NCBI GenBank assembly: GCA_021821305.1
Contig: JAKACP010000001.1
Location: 260,934-324,933, forward strand
DNA length: 64,000 nucleotides
Source of the DNA: a bacterium
Lineage (GTDB): Bacteria; Patescibacteriota; Minisyncoccia; Moranbacterales; UBA1568
Direction: 5' to 3'
The notes under the pieces are model-generated. The model was not told the DNA's origin, ran no database searches, and worked only from the letters and a program-made list of their open reading frames with translations. Position numbers and translations under genes: made by a program. Below are positions 40,721-49,976 of this stretch, piece after piece (within the stretch, counting starts at the first letter, position 1; each line of letters opens with the position of its first letter).

Positions 40721-41485
40721 ATGTTCATCCCGACTCCCGACAGGAACGAGCGCCTCCTCAAGTACGCGCTCATCGGCCTCGGCGCCACCCTCATCCTCGC
40801 CCTCCTCTCCGCGCTCTCCTTCAACCTCACCTCGCTCCGCCTCCCGGAATCCGGAAACGAGCCGACATCGGACACCGTCCTTTCGACCCAGGACGAGCTG
40901 AAGCTTCAGGAAGCGATCGCGCCTCTCATCGCGTCAGGCGACATGAAGGCCTGCGAACAGATCGACAACGCCATGTACCGGGCGGTCTGTATCAATAACA
41001 TCGCCCTCCAAAAGGCCGAAGAAACGAACGATATCGCCTACTGCGGCTACCTCGACGACGAACTCATCCCCGAGGAGACCTGCGAACGGCAGGTGATCTT
41101 CCAAAAATCCGTCGACGAGGGGAATACGAATGCCTGCGCCGAAACGAAAAACGACGCTCTCAAGCGGGAATGCGAGGACTCCTTCCCGATTCGCCTCGCA
41201 TTGGAGAAGAACGACCCGTCGCTCTGCGACCGGTCCCCATCTCCCGGCGACTGCAAGGACATCCTCGCCCTCGGGCGGTTCTCGACGGACCCGCAGAGCC
41301 TCGACTGTGCTTCCTTCTCGACCGAGGACGCGAGGAACGACTGTACTTCCCTCAAGCCCCTCTTCCTCTCGGCGACCCCCGACCTCGCCAAACTCACGGA
41401 GACCTGCATGGGCGTGAAGAGTCCGCTCTTCGCGCGTGTCTGCGCGAGCTCAGGAATGGTCGCCCCGTCTCCTGCACAGCCGTAG
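40721..41485 (+). CDS. membrane-anchored protein with six tandem ~30-aa disulfide-loop repeats (C-x8-12-C)
   Basis: N-terminal TM, then repeats CEQIDNAMYRAVC / CGYLDDELIPEETC / CAETKNDALKREC / CDRSPSPGDC / CASFSTEDARNDC / CMGVKSPLFARVC, each separated by about 17 aa. Confidence 0.55.
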   Translation: MFIPTPDRNERLLKYALIGLGATLILALLSALSFNLTSLRLPESGNEPTSDTVLSTQDELKLQEAIAPLIASGDMKACEQIDNAMYRAVCINNIALQKAEETNDIAYCGYLDDELIPEETCERQVIFQKSVDEGNTNACAETKNDALKRECEDSFPIRLALEKNDPSLCDRSPSPGDCKDILALGRFSTDPQSLDCASFSTEDARNDCTSLKPLFLSATPDLAKLTETCMGVKSPLFARVCASSGMVAPSPAQP

Positions 41486-41516
41486 CCCCACCGCCATGCG
41501 ATCCTTACAGACACAT

Positions 41517-43397
41517 ATGAACAAGACACTTCTGCCGATCATCACTCTCGCGCTTCTCTTCGTCGCCATGCCGGGGTCGGTGCGGGCGGAAGGCGAATTG
41601 GCGTGGCAGTACGATGCTATTCCCACGTCGTACCAGTATTCCGACGTGGCCGTGACCGCCGATGGCGTGTTCGCTCCTTCGTGGGTTTCTTGGGGACAGA
41701 TCGCCGTTGAAAAGCGGGCTACGGATAACTCCGGGGGGTGGAAGAACTCTTTCGCCGTGCCGACCGGTTCATGGGCGAACGGCACCCCTCATATCGCTGC
41801 GGACGCTACCGGTGTCTATGTCGCGGCCGCGACGGCCATCACCATCAATCTGCGCAACGGAACATTGGCAATCGCGAAACTGAGTCCGGTGAGCGGGGCG
41901 ATAATCCAGATCAGAAATTCCAACGCGCCGGGATACGTGAATGTCACGAACGTGGAAGTGGATTCCACCGGAGTCTATGTTGCAGGCGGATCGAGCGCGG
42001 ACCGGGGATTCGGCGGAACAAGCTGGAGACTCGAGAAGTGGAAAAAGGACCTCAGCGACGGAACTCCCATTTGGGGGTATTCTTCCGCGCAGTCCGGCGG
42101 AAATGCCGGCGACTACTGGGGACCGGGGGCTGTGGCCATGAATGCATCGTCGATATATCTCGGCGGGAGCCGGCTCAATCCCGGTCCAGGAACGATCGGT
42201 ATCCGGATCGACAAGGTCGACAAGAGTACCGGTGGAGCGGATTGGGTCCGGCTCGAACCGTACGGATCGGGAGCGATAGGCGTAATGGCTTTGGATGGCT
42301 CCAATCTTTATACGGTTTCCTCATCCGCATACTGGGGAGGATTTTCCATGGTCTATGCTTCGAGACTTGAAAAGCGGCCCCTTATGAACGGCCCCGCACT
42401 CTGGGCGATCGATACGGCCGACAAGACCATCGCTCTCGCTGTCGATGGCACGTCCGGACTCTATCGGGGATATGTCGCCAGCGGGGACGCGAGTCATCGG
42501 ATGATGCTCGACAAGCGGAGTCTGCTCGATGGTCAACAAATCGGTACGACCACGATAGCGAGCGGTGTGCTTACATCCATGCGTGCCATAGCGGGATTTT
42601 TCGGGGGATATCTTACGAACAACCTGTCGGTCGACGCCTCCGGACTCTATATCGCCGGAAGGGACGAATCCGGATTCACATGGGGTTCCCTGAATTCTGC
42701 ACGAATCGAGAAATACAACCACTTCGGTTCGGTACCCGGCTCCTGCGGCCCCGCCGACGGCATCCCTACCGCCACCGCTCCGACTCCGACGCCCGCGACA
42801 CCTCCGAACAACCTCTGCACCTCCGGCTCGACTCCGACGGTCACCGATGCCGGCGCTTCTTTCACCTGGACCTGTGACGGCCCCGACGGCCTCCCGGTCA
42901 CCCCGGACGATGCGGCATGCTCGGCGCCGAAGATCGCCACCCTCTCCCTCTGTACCACAGGCGGTATCCCGATCGCCTCGACCCCCGGCCCCCATTCCCG
43001 TTCGCTCGTCGCCGGCACTTCCGAGATCCTCAACGCCTACTACGACACTACGCCGAATATCTGCGGTGACACCTCTCCCGTGACCAACGCGAGCTGGTCC
43101 GATGACCCGCTTTCGACCGTGGTTTCGATCGCAGGCGCGACCGCATCCCCTCAGACGGTGACCGCGGGGGCTTCCGGTACCGAGCGTGTGACTATCAGCA
43201 GGGGGGCGGAAACGATTCTCCTCGATTATACCGTGAGCGTTCCCTGTAATCCGACGACCACCTGCGGCGAGCAGTCGAGGGATTACTGTCAGGGACAACC
43301 GTTCACCATCCCCGACAACGGCTGCGGTTCCCCGCTCAACTGCACCGGTACCCGCTTCTGTGACTTCAACTGGAAGGAAGTGGCTCCGGGAAACTAA
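41517..43397 (+). CDS. secreted repeat protein (beta-propeller-like N-terminal repeats, Pro/Thr linker, Cys-rich C-terminal domain)
   Basis: Signal peptide MNKTLLPIITLALLFVAMPGSVRA. Repeated motifs TGVYVAA, SGLYIAG and W..EK(W/Y). Linker PTATAPTPTPATPP. About 14 Cys in the last 200 aa. Confidence 0.55.
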   Translation: MNKTLLPIITLALLFVAMPGSVRAEGELAWQYDAIPTSYQYSDVAVTADGVFAPSWVSWGQIAVEKRATDNSGGWKNSFAVPTGSWANGTPHIAADATGVYVAAATAITINLRNGTLAIAKLSPVSGAIIQIRNSNAPGYVNVTNVEVDSTGVYVAGGSSADRGFGGTSWRLEKWKKDLSDGTPIWGYSSAQSGGNAGDYWGPGAVAMNASSIYLGGSRLNPGPGTIGIRIDKVDKSTGGADWVRLEPYGSGAIGVMALDGSNLYTVSSSAYWGGFSMVYASRLEKRPLMNGPALWAIDTADKTIALAVDGTSGLYRGYVASGDASHRMMLDKRSLLDGQQIGTTTIASGVLTSMRAIAGFFGGYLTNNLSVDASGLYIAGRDESGFTWGSLNSARIEKYNHFGSVPGSCGPADGIPTATAPTPTPATPPNNLCTSGSTPTVTDAGASFTWTCDGPDGLPVTPDDAACSAPKIATLSLCTTGGIPIASTPGPHSRSLVAGTSEILNAYYDTTPNICGDTSPVTNASWSDDPLSTVVSIAGATASPQTVTAGASGTERVTISRGAETILLDYTVSVPCNPTTTCGEQSRDYCQGQPFTIPDNGCGSPLNCTGTRFCDFNWKEVAPGN

Positions 43398-43404
43398 AAG
43401 AAAG

Positions 43405-43490
43405 GGCGGTAGGGAAATATGGCGGGTGATAGGGCATAGCATGATCGTAAGGGTCGTCCTCGGGCATAAGGGCGGCCCTTTGATTTCGCT
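43405..43490 (+). repeat. periodic TARGG repeats (about 19-nt spacing) upstream of GT2 gene
   Basis: gtagggaaat...gatagggcat...cgtaagggtcg...cataagggcgg, followed by the palindrome gggcggccc. Confidence 0.4.
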
Positions 43491-43548
43491 TTGATATTTG
43501 GATTTTTCATAGTACAATGGGACGAGAATCAATCAATGAATTTGCCCT

Positions 43549-44307
43549 ATGACAGAGCAAGATATGTACCTTTCGATCATCATCCCGGCATACAAGGAGG
43601 GGGAGCGGATCGGCCGTAATCTCCTCGAAATCGACAAGTATCTCAAGGAAAAGAATTTTTCGTATGAGATTCTCGTCGTCGTGGACGGATCACCGGACAA
43701 TACCGCCGAAATAGCCAGAAATTATTCCCTCAAGATACCCAATCTCCGCGTGATCGACAATCCGGAAAACCATGGAAAGGGCTATGTGGTCCGACAGGGA
43801 TTGCTCGCGGCTCGTGGGCAGTACCGGGTGTTCCTCGATGCCGACGGCTCGACGTCGATCACGCACTGGGATGCGTTCGAACAGGAATTCAAGAACGGAT
43901 TCGACGTCGTCATCGGATCGCGCGATCTGCCTGACTCCTATATCCAGGTGCATCAGCCGAAACACCGGGAAATCATGGGGGATATGGGCAACTGGCTCAT
44001 CCGTATCGCGCTCGGGCTCTGGCGCTATCCCGATACGCAGTGTGGCTTCAAGGCGCTTTCTGCGAATGCGGCCGAGGCGGTGGCCAAGCGTATGGTCGTC
44101 GACCGGTTCGGATTCGATTTCGAACTCATCACGCTTTCCGAGCGGCTCGGGTTCAAAGTGAAACAGCTGCCGGTACGCTGGATGAACGAGGAAGGCTCGA
44201 CCGTCGCGCTGACCGGAAAGAACGGCTTCACGCAGGTGCTCATCGATCTCTGGAAGACGCGGGTCCGGCTGTGGACCGGTGCGTATAAGCTGAAAGACGT
44301 GGTCTAG
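43549..44307 (+). CDS. family 2 glycosyltransferase (polyprenol-phosphate sugar synthase-like, Dpm1/GtrB-like)
   Basis: IIIPAYKE..., DGSPDNT, and DADG (DxD) motifs; 252 aa. Confidence 0.85.
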   Translation: MTEQDMYLSIIIPAYKEGERIGRNLLEIDKYLKEKNFSYEILVVVDGSPDNTAEIARNYSLKIPNLRVIDNPENHGKGYVVRQGLLAARGQYRVFLDADGSTSITHWDAFEQEFKNGFDVVIGSRDLPDSYIQVHQPKHREIMGDMGNWLIRIALGLWRYPDTQCGFKALSANAAEAVAKRMVVDRFGFDFELITLSERLGFKVKQLPVRWMNEEGSTVALTGKNGFTQVLIDLWKTRVRLWTGAYKLKDVV

Positions 44308-44349
44308 GATTCGGGAAATCCGAACGACGGGGAAACATACAAAACGCGT

Positions 44350-45372
44350 GTGAAAATAGAAATCGAAAAACCGAAAAAAACGGCTGTATCCTCCGAGTCG
44401 GAACTCAGGCAGGATATCGTGACCGGGGACTGGGTGGTCATCGCGACCGCACGCGCCAAGGTCCCTGTCGATTTCGTGGCGGACCGCCGGGCAGAGGATA
44501 ACCCCGATGTCGCGGATCCGTTCGCCGACCTGTCCGGACAGGAAGAACCGGTGCTGATGTACATGAAGGACGACGGGGATTGGAGTCTCGCGGTCATACC
44601 GAACAAGTTCCCGGCTTTCACGCGGGGGCGGACGCCTCGGGATATTTCCGAGGGCCCGTACTTCGCGATGAGCGGTGTCGGATACCATGAGGTCATCATC
44701 ACGCGCGATCCGAAGCGTTCGATCGCCGAACTTGAGCCGTGGCAGGTTGCCGAGGTGATGGACGCGTACCACGAACGGTATCTCGCGCTCATGAACAAGA
44801 AGAACGTGAACTATATCCAGATCATGCATAACCACGGCAGGGAAGCCGGCTCCTCGATCTCCCATCCGCACTCGCAGTTGATGGCGATACCCGTCGTGTC
44901 GCCTTATCTCGAGCTCGAGCTCCGCGGCGCCGAACTCTATTACAAGAACAACCGGGAGAACGTCTACGGCATCATCGCGGAATACGAATCCGAACAGAAG
45001 ACGCGTATCGTGTTCGAGAACGATCACTTCATCGCCTTCTGTCCGTTCGCCTCGCGGACGGCATTCGAGGTATGGGTGCTTCCGAAATCGTCGAATCCGT
45101 ATTTCGAACGCATCACCGACGACGAGAAGCTCGCGCTGGCGGAAGCGATGCGGATGGCGCTCTCCGCCATCCACAAGGGACTCGGCGACCCGGCGTACAA
45201 TTTCTACCTCCATACCGCGCCATGCGACGGGAAGGATTACCCGCACTACCGATGGCATTTCGAGATCCTTCCGAAGACGAGCACGTGGGGCGGGTTCGAA
45301 CTCTCGACCGGGATAGAGGTGTCGACCATACAGCCGGAAAAGGCCGCCGAACACCTGAGAAGCCAACTCTGA
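44350..45372 (+). CDS. galT: galactose-1-phosphate uridylyltransferase (HIT family, GalT-like)
   Basis: HPHSQ (HxHxQ) active-site motif and upstream Cys/His zinc ligands. GTG start. Confidence 0.8.
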   Translation: MKIEIEKPKKTAVSSESELRQDIVTGDWVVIATARAKVPVDFVADRRAEDNPDVADPFADLSGQEEPVLMYMKDDGDWSLAVIPNKFPAFTRGRTPRDISEGPYFAMSGVGYHEVIITRDPKRSIAELEPWQVAEVMDAYHERYLALMNKKNVNYIQIMHNHGREAGSSISHPHSQLMAIPVVSPYLELELRGAELYYKNNRENVYGIIAEYESEQKTRIVFENDHFIAFCPFASRTAFEVWVLPKSSNPYFERITDDEKLALAEAMRMALSAIHKGLGDPAYNFYLHTAPCDGKDYPHYRWHFEILPKTSTWGGFELSTGIEVSTIQPEKAAEHLRSQL

Positions 45373-45382
45373 CTTTGACCGG

Positions 45383-46198
45383 ATGACGAGCATGAAAAAA
45401 CGATATCTCATCGGAAACCTCAAGATGAACATCCTCTCCGTCGAGGACACGGAGCAGTACCTCTCCGTATTCCGTCGCGAGATGAAGGGGAAGAAGCAGG
45501 AATCGACCGTGACGGTCATCGCTCCGCCTTTCCCGTACCTTGAACGTTTTCATAAGGAGCTCCCTGAGAACGCCGCTCTCGGCGCGCAGGATGTCTTCTG
45601 GGAGAAGGAAGGATCATATACGGGGGAGGTCTCCTATCCCATGCTGAAGGATATCGGCACGGAGTACGTCATCGTCGGACACAGCGAACGCCGACAGTAT
45701 GGGCGGGAGACGGATGAGGACGTGGCCAGGAAGGTCCAAGCGCTCCTCAAGGGGAATCTCCGGCCGGTGATCTGCACCGGAGAGACGGAGGACGAGCGGA
45801 GGCGCGGGGAGACCGCGGCCGTCCTCGAGGCACAGCTCCGTGGCGCGCTCGAGGATCTTTCGCCGATGCAGGCGGAGAAGATACTCATCGCCTATGAGCC
45901 GAGGTGGGCCATCGGGACGGACCGGACGCCCGAGTCGGAGGATATCCTCGAGGCGAAAGTCATCATCTATCGGATGGTGGCGGCGGCATACGGTGCCGCG
46001 GTCGCCGAACGCATCCCGATACTTTATGGCGGTTCGGTCAAGGCATCGCTCCTCGACCGGGTCTGTTTTTCGGCGCAGATGGACGGAGTCCTGGTGGGGA
46101 GAGAAAGCCTGTTCCCGTATGAGGTCGCCAAGATGGCCGACATCATCGAGAACTACCAGGCTCCCGAACGTCGTGAGGGGAAACCGGAGGAGGGGTAA
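45383..46198 (+). CDS. tpiA: triose-phosphate isomerase
   Basis: GNLKMN start, catalytic GHSERR, and loop AYEPRWAIGTD. Confidence 0.9.
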   Translation: MTSMKKRYLIGNLKMNILSVEDTEQYLSVFRREMKGKKQESTVTVIAPPFPYLERFHKELPENAALGAQDVFWEKEGSYTGEVSYPMLKDIGTEYVIVGHSERRQYGRETDEDVARKVQALLKGNLRPVICTGETEDERRRGETAAVLEAQLRGALEDLSPMQAEKILIAYEPRWAIGTDRTPESEDILEAKVIIYRMVAAAYGAAVAERIPILYGGSVKASLLDRVCFSAQMDGVLVGRESLFPYEVAKMADIIENYQAPERREGKPEEG

Positions 46199-46381
46199 GT
46201 AACTGTCTAAAATCTCATGTCGAACTGAAATTCGGAAACTTCGAGCGAAAATCGTGAAAGTTGAGGAAGAATATCGGGATATTTCGACGAGACTTGAACG
46301 ATTTGCAGCCGAAGTTTCCGAGTTTCAGACGACAAGCGATGTTTCTTCTTTTATTACTGCGGTGAGAATTTAGACAGTTAC
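46199..46381 (-). repeat. MITE-like element copy 2 (183 bp), inverted relative to copy 1
   Basis: TIRs gtaactgtctaaaatctcatg at 46199-46219 and gagaatttagacagttac at 46364-46381. The interior aligns with the reverse complement of 58-241, with compensatory changes in the internal stem. Starts 1 nt after the tpiA stop and ends 23 nt before the fba ATG. Confidence 0.75.
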
Positions 46382-46404
46382 TAAATAAATATCGAATCGA
46401 GCAT

Positions 46405-47259
46405 ATGATAGTCACGACCAAAGTCCTTCTCGACGAGGCGAAGAAAAACGGGTATGCGGTCGGCGCGTTCAACACCGTCAACCTGGAAACGACCAAGGCC
46501 ATCCTGAACGCGGCCAAGGAGATGCGTTCGCCGGTCGTCGTGCAGATGACGGAGAAGACGCTCGACTATGCCGGCGGACGGGCGATGTTCCACCTCGTCA
46601 AGAACATGGCCGAATTCTATTTTCCGGATATCCCGGTCGCGATCCATCTCGACCACGGTAAGAGCATGGAGATCGTGGAGCGCGCGATCGAGGTCGGATT
46701 CCCGTCGGTGATGTACGACGGATCCCGCCATTCCTATAGCGACAACGTCCGCACGACCAAGCGGGTGGTCGAGATCGCCCGAGAGAAGGGCGTGTCGGTC
46801 CAGGCGGAACTCGGCAATGTCCCGTATCTCTCGGAGGTGTCCGAGAACATAAACTGGGACGACTACATGACGGATCCCGAGGAAGCCGCCCGGTTCGTGG
46901 AGGAGACCGGCATCGATACGCTCGCGGTCGCCATCGGCAACGCGCACGGATTCACCAAGGAACGCGATGAACCGGACTACGATCGGCTCGCGAAAATCGC
47001 GAAGAGCGTTTCCGTCCCGCTCGTCCTCCATGGCGGATCGGACTGGGAGGACGGCCGCGCGAAAAAGGTGATCGAACTCGGTATCTCCTGCTTCAACGTC
47101 GATACGGCGATACGGCTCGCCTTCATCGGGGCGATATCCCGCATGCTCGCATCCGGTGAGGAAACCGAAATCCGTAAGATACTCGGGAGCGGCATGGACG
47201 CGGCGCAGGAGACGGTGATGAAAAAGATGGAACTCTTCGGCAGCAAGGGCAAGGCGTGA
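46405..47259 (+). CDS. fba: class II fructose-bisphosphate aldolase
   Basis: Class II FBA zinc-binding His positions (HLDHG..., HGGS); 284 aa. Confidence 0.9.
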   Translation: MIVTTKVLLDEAKKNGYAVGAFNTVNLETTKAILNAAKEMRSPVVVQMTEKTLDYAGGRAMFHLVKNMAEFYFPDIPVAIHLDHGKSMEIVERAIEVGFPSVMYDGSRHSYSDNVRTTKRVVEIAREKGVSVQAELGNVPYLSEVSENINWDDYMTDPEEAARFVEETGIDTLAVAIGNAHGFTKERDEPDYDRLAKIAKSVSVPLVLHGGSDWEDGRAKKVIELGISCFNVDTAIRLAFIGAISRMLASGEETEIRKILGSGMDAAQETVMKKMELFGSKGKA

Positions 47260-47312
47260 GACGTCCCCCGGGGTCAGGATATCGGACATCAAAAAATAAC
47301 AAACATGGGATT

Positions 47313-48305
47313 ATGAAGAGGATAGCAATCAACGGGTTCGGGCGCATCGGGCGGGCGGCGTTCAAGGTCGCGCTCCAGCACGAGCATATCGAGGTGGTCG
47401 CGATCAACGATCTCACCGACGCGCCCACGCTCGCGCATCTTCTGAAATACGACACCGCGTACGGGAAATACCGCCGCGAGGTCTCGTCGCGGGACGGCGC
47501 GCTCGTCATAGACGGCAAGACGTTTCCCGTGTATGCCGAACCGGATCCGAAGAAGCTTCCCTGGAAGGATCTCGAGGTCGACGTCGTGCTCGAATGCACG
47601 GGCCGTTTCGTCGATGCCGAATCCGCCGGCCAGCACATCACCGCGGGAGCGAAAAAGGTCGTGCTGTCGGCGCCGCCGAAGGGGGAGGGGGAGATCCCGA
47701 CCTATCTCATCGGCGTAAACGACGATCGCTACGCTTCGGAGAAGATCATCTCCAACGCTTCGTGTACGACGAACTGCATCGCGCCCGTGGCCCGGGTCAT
47801 GGAGGAGCGCTTCGGCATCGACAAGGCCATGATGACCACCATCCACTCGTATACCGCGGACCAGAATCTCCAGGACGGACCGCACAAGGATCTCCGTCGC
47901 GCGCGTGCCGCGGCCGAGAACATCGTGCCGACGACGACGGGCGCCGCGATATCCGTGACGCGGATCATGTCGGAACTCGAGGGGAAGTTCGACGGTCTCT
48001 CGGTCCGCGTGCCCACCATCGTCGTCTCGCTCACGGACTTCACGTTCCTCCTCCGGAAGGACGTGACGGCCGAAGAGGTCAATGCGGCGATCGAGGAGGC
48101 GGCACGCGATCCGAGGTACTCCCGCGCGCTCACGGTGACCCGCGAACCGCTCGTCTCGTCGGACTTCGTCGGCAATCCGTATTCGAGCATCGTCGATCTG
48201 TCGCTGACCAAGGTGGTGGGCGGGAACCTCGTCAAGGTGATGGCGTGGTATGATAACGAATGGGGCTACTCCAACCGCCTCGTGGAACTCGCGGAACAAA
48301 TCTGA
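47313..48305 (+). CDS. gap: glyceraldehyde-3-phosphate dehydrogenase
   Basis: NGFGRIGR NAD-binding motif, catalytic SCTTNC, and WYDNEWGYS. Confidence 0.95.
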   Translation: MKRIAINGFGRIGRAAFKVALQHEHIEVVAINDLTDAPTLAHLLKYDTAYGKYRREVSSRDGALVIDGKTFPVYAEPDPKKLPWKDLEVDVVLECTGRFVDAESAGQHITAGAKKVVLSAPPKGEGEIPTYLIGVNDDRYASEKIISNASCTTNCIAPVARVMEERFGIDKAMMTTIHSYTADQNLQDGPHKDLRRARAAAENIVPTTTGAAISVTRIMSELEGKFDGLSVRVPTIVVSLTDFTFLLRKDVTAEEVNAAIEEAARDPRYSRALTVTREPLVSSDFVGNPYSSIVDLSLTKVVGGNLVKVMAWYDNEWGYSNRLVELAEQI

Positions 48306-48315
48306 TTTTTTCGCT

Positions 48316-49908
48316 ATGTACGATCTTCTCATCAGGAACGGAACGGTGATCGACGGGTCCGGTACCCCTATGTTCCGTGCGGACATCGCCGTCAAGGAGG
48401 AACGGATCGCGGCGATAGGCGATCTCAAGAGCGAAACCGCGGAACGTATCATCAATGCCGACGGCCTCTATGTCGCTCCCGGGTTCATCGACGTCAACAA
48501 CCACTCCGATACCTATTGGGAGATATTCCGGAACCCGGGACTGCACGGGATGCTGCTCCAGGGTGTGACCACCATCGTCGGCGGCAACTCCGGGGCATCG
48601 CTCGCGCCGCTCACCGAACCGGAAAGCATCCGCTCCATCCAGAAGTGGACCGATGTCGAGAAGATCAATTTCAACTGGCTTTCGATGAAGGAGTTCCTGC
48701 TCGAGGTGGAGCGGAAAAAACTCGCGATCAACTTCGCGACGCTTGCGGGACACGGGACGATCCGCCGCGGTGTCATCAAGAATCCGACGAGCAAGCCCGA
48801 GGCGGCCGATCTACGGGCCATGGAAAAGCTCCTCGAAGGCGCGCTCGACGACGGGGCGATCGGATTTTCGACCGGACTCAAATATACGCATGCGCGCCTG
48901 GCCGAGAAGGACGAGATCGTCGCGCTCCTCTCCCTCGTCGGCAAGGAGAAGGGCGTCTATGCGACGTATATACGCGACGAGGGGGAACATCTCCTCCAAG
49001 CCGTCGAGGAAGCCATCACGACGGCCCGGGAAGCCGAGATTCCGCTCCATATATCCCATCTCAAGGCCGTCGGCAGGCAGAATTGGCATCTTTTCGAGGA
49101 GGCGCTGTCCGCCATCAAGACGGCGAGCCTCAACGGGCTCGACATCAGTTTCGACGTCTATCCGTATACCTCGAGCGGCTCCGTGCTCTATACCTTCCTC
49201 CCGGAGTGGGTGACGGAGAGCGGTCGCCAGGCCATGCTCCACCGTCTCCGGGATTTCAAGACGAGACAGTCCGTGATCCGGGATATGAGGGCAAGCGGAC
49301 ACGACTATTCGCAGATGACGCTCTCCATGTCCGCTCTCAACAAGGTCATGACGCGCACGACCATCGCCGATATCGCCCGGGCGCAGGGGCAGTCACCCGA
49401 AGACGCGGTGCTCGACGTCCTGCTCGCGAGCGCGGGGCGGGCGATCGTCTCGCTCGAGGTGTCGAGCCAGGAGAACGTCGTCAAGGCGGTGCAGCACCCC
49501 TTCTCCATCATCAGCTCCAACGGCGTCGGGTATGCCAAGGAGCACGCGGCGACCGGCGATCTCGTCCATCCCCGAAATTTCGGGACGTTTCCCAAGGTGT
49601 TCGCCGAATATGTCCGGGAACGCAAGACGATCTCCTGGGAAGAGGCGGTGCACAAGATGACCGGCAAGCCGGCGGCCAAGTTCCTGATACGGGATCGCGG
49701 ACTCTTGCGCGAACGGCACAAGGCTGATATCGTGGTCTTCGATCCGGAGACGATCGCCCCGCGATCGACCATGGATGACCCGTATGAATATCCCGAAGGC
49801 ATCCATTTCGTCATCGTGAACGGCGTGGTCGCCGTCGAGGGCGGGGGATGGAACGGCTCCCGATCGGGGGAAGTCATACGGAAGAAATCCGGATTCCGAT
49901 TTTGGTAA
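48316..49908 (+). CDS. amidohydrolase family protein, N-acyl-D-amino-acid deacylase (D-aminoacylase)-like
   Basis: The N-terminus (LLIRNGTVIDGSG...DIAV...RIAAIGDL) is typical of D-aminoacylase-like amidohydrolases. Metal-binding DVNNHSD motif (metal-ligand HxH-type position); 530 aa. Confidence 0.75.
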   Translation: MYDLLIRNGTVIDGSGTPMFRADIAVKEERIAAIGDLKSETAERIINADGLYVAPGFIDVNNHSDTYWEIFRNPGLHGMLLQGVTTIVGGNSGASLAPLTEPESIRSIQKWTDVEKINFNWLSMKEFLLEVERKKLAINFATLAGHGTIRRGVIKNPTSKPEAADLRAMEKLLEGALDDGAIGFSTGLKYTHARLAEKDEIVALLSLVGKEKGVYATYIRDEGEHLLQAVEEAITTAREAEIPLHISHLKAVGRQNWHLFEEALSAIKTASLNGLDISFDVYPYTSSGSVLYTFLPEWVTESGRQAMLHRLRDFKTRQSVIRDMRASGHDYSQMTLSMSALNKVMTRTTIADIARAQGQSPEDAVLDVLLASAGRAIVSLEVSSQENVVKAVQHPFSIISSNGVGYAKEHAATGDLVHPRNFGTFPKVFAEYVRERKTISWEEAVHKMTGKPAAKFLIRDRGLLRERHKADIVVFDPETIAPRSTMDDPYEYPEGIHFVIVNGVVAVEGGGWNGSRSGEVIRKKSGFRFW

Positions 49909-49950
49909 GTAACCGTCGGACAAGCATGGTTTTTTCTTTTATTCCGGGCG

Positions 49951-49970
49951 GTGAGATTTTAGACAGGATC
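49951..49970 (+). repeat. solo MITE-end-like motif (gcggtgagattttagacaggatc) 6 nt upstream of murD ATG
   Basis: Matches the right terminal repeat of copy 2 (gcggtgagaatttagacagttac) at 19 of 23 positions, with no internal region or partner end. Confidence 0.5.
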
Positions 49971-49976
49971 TGTATT

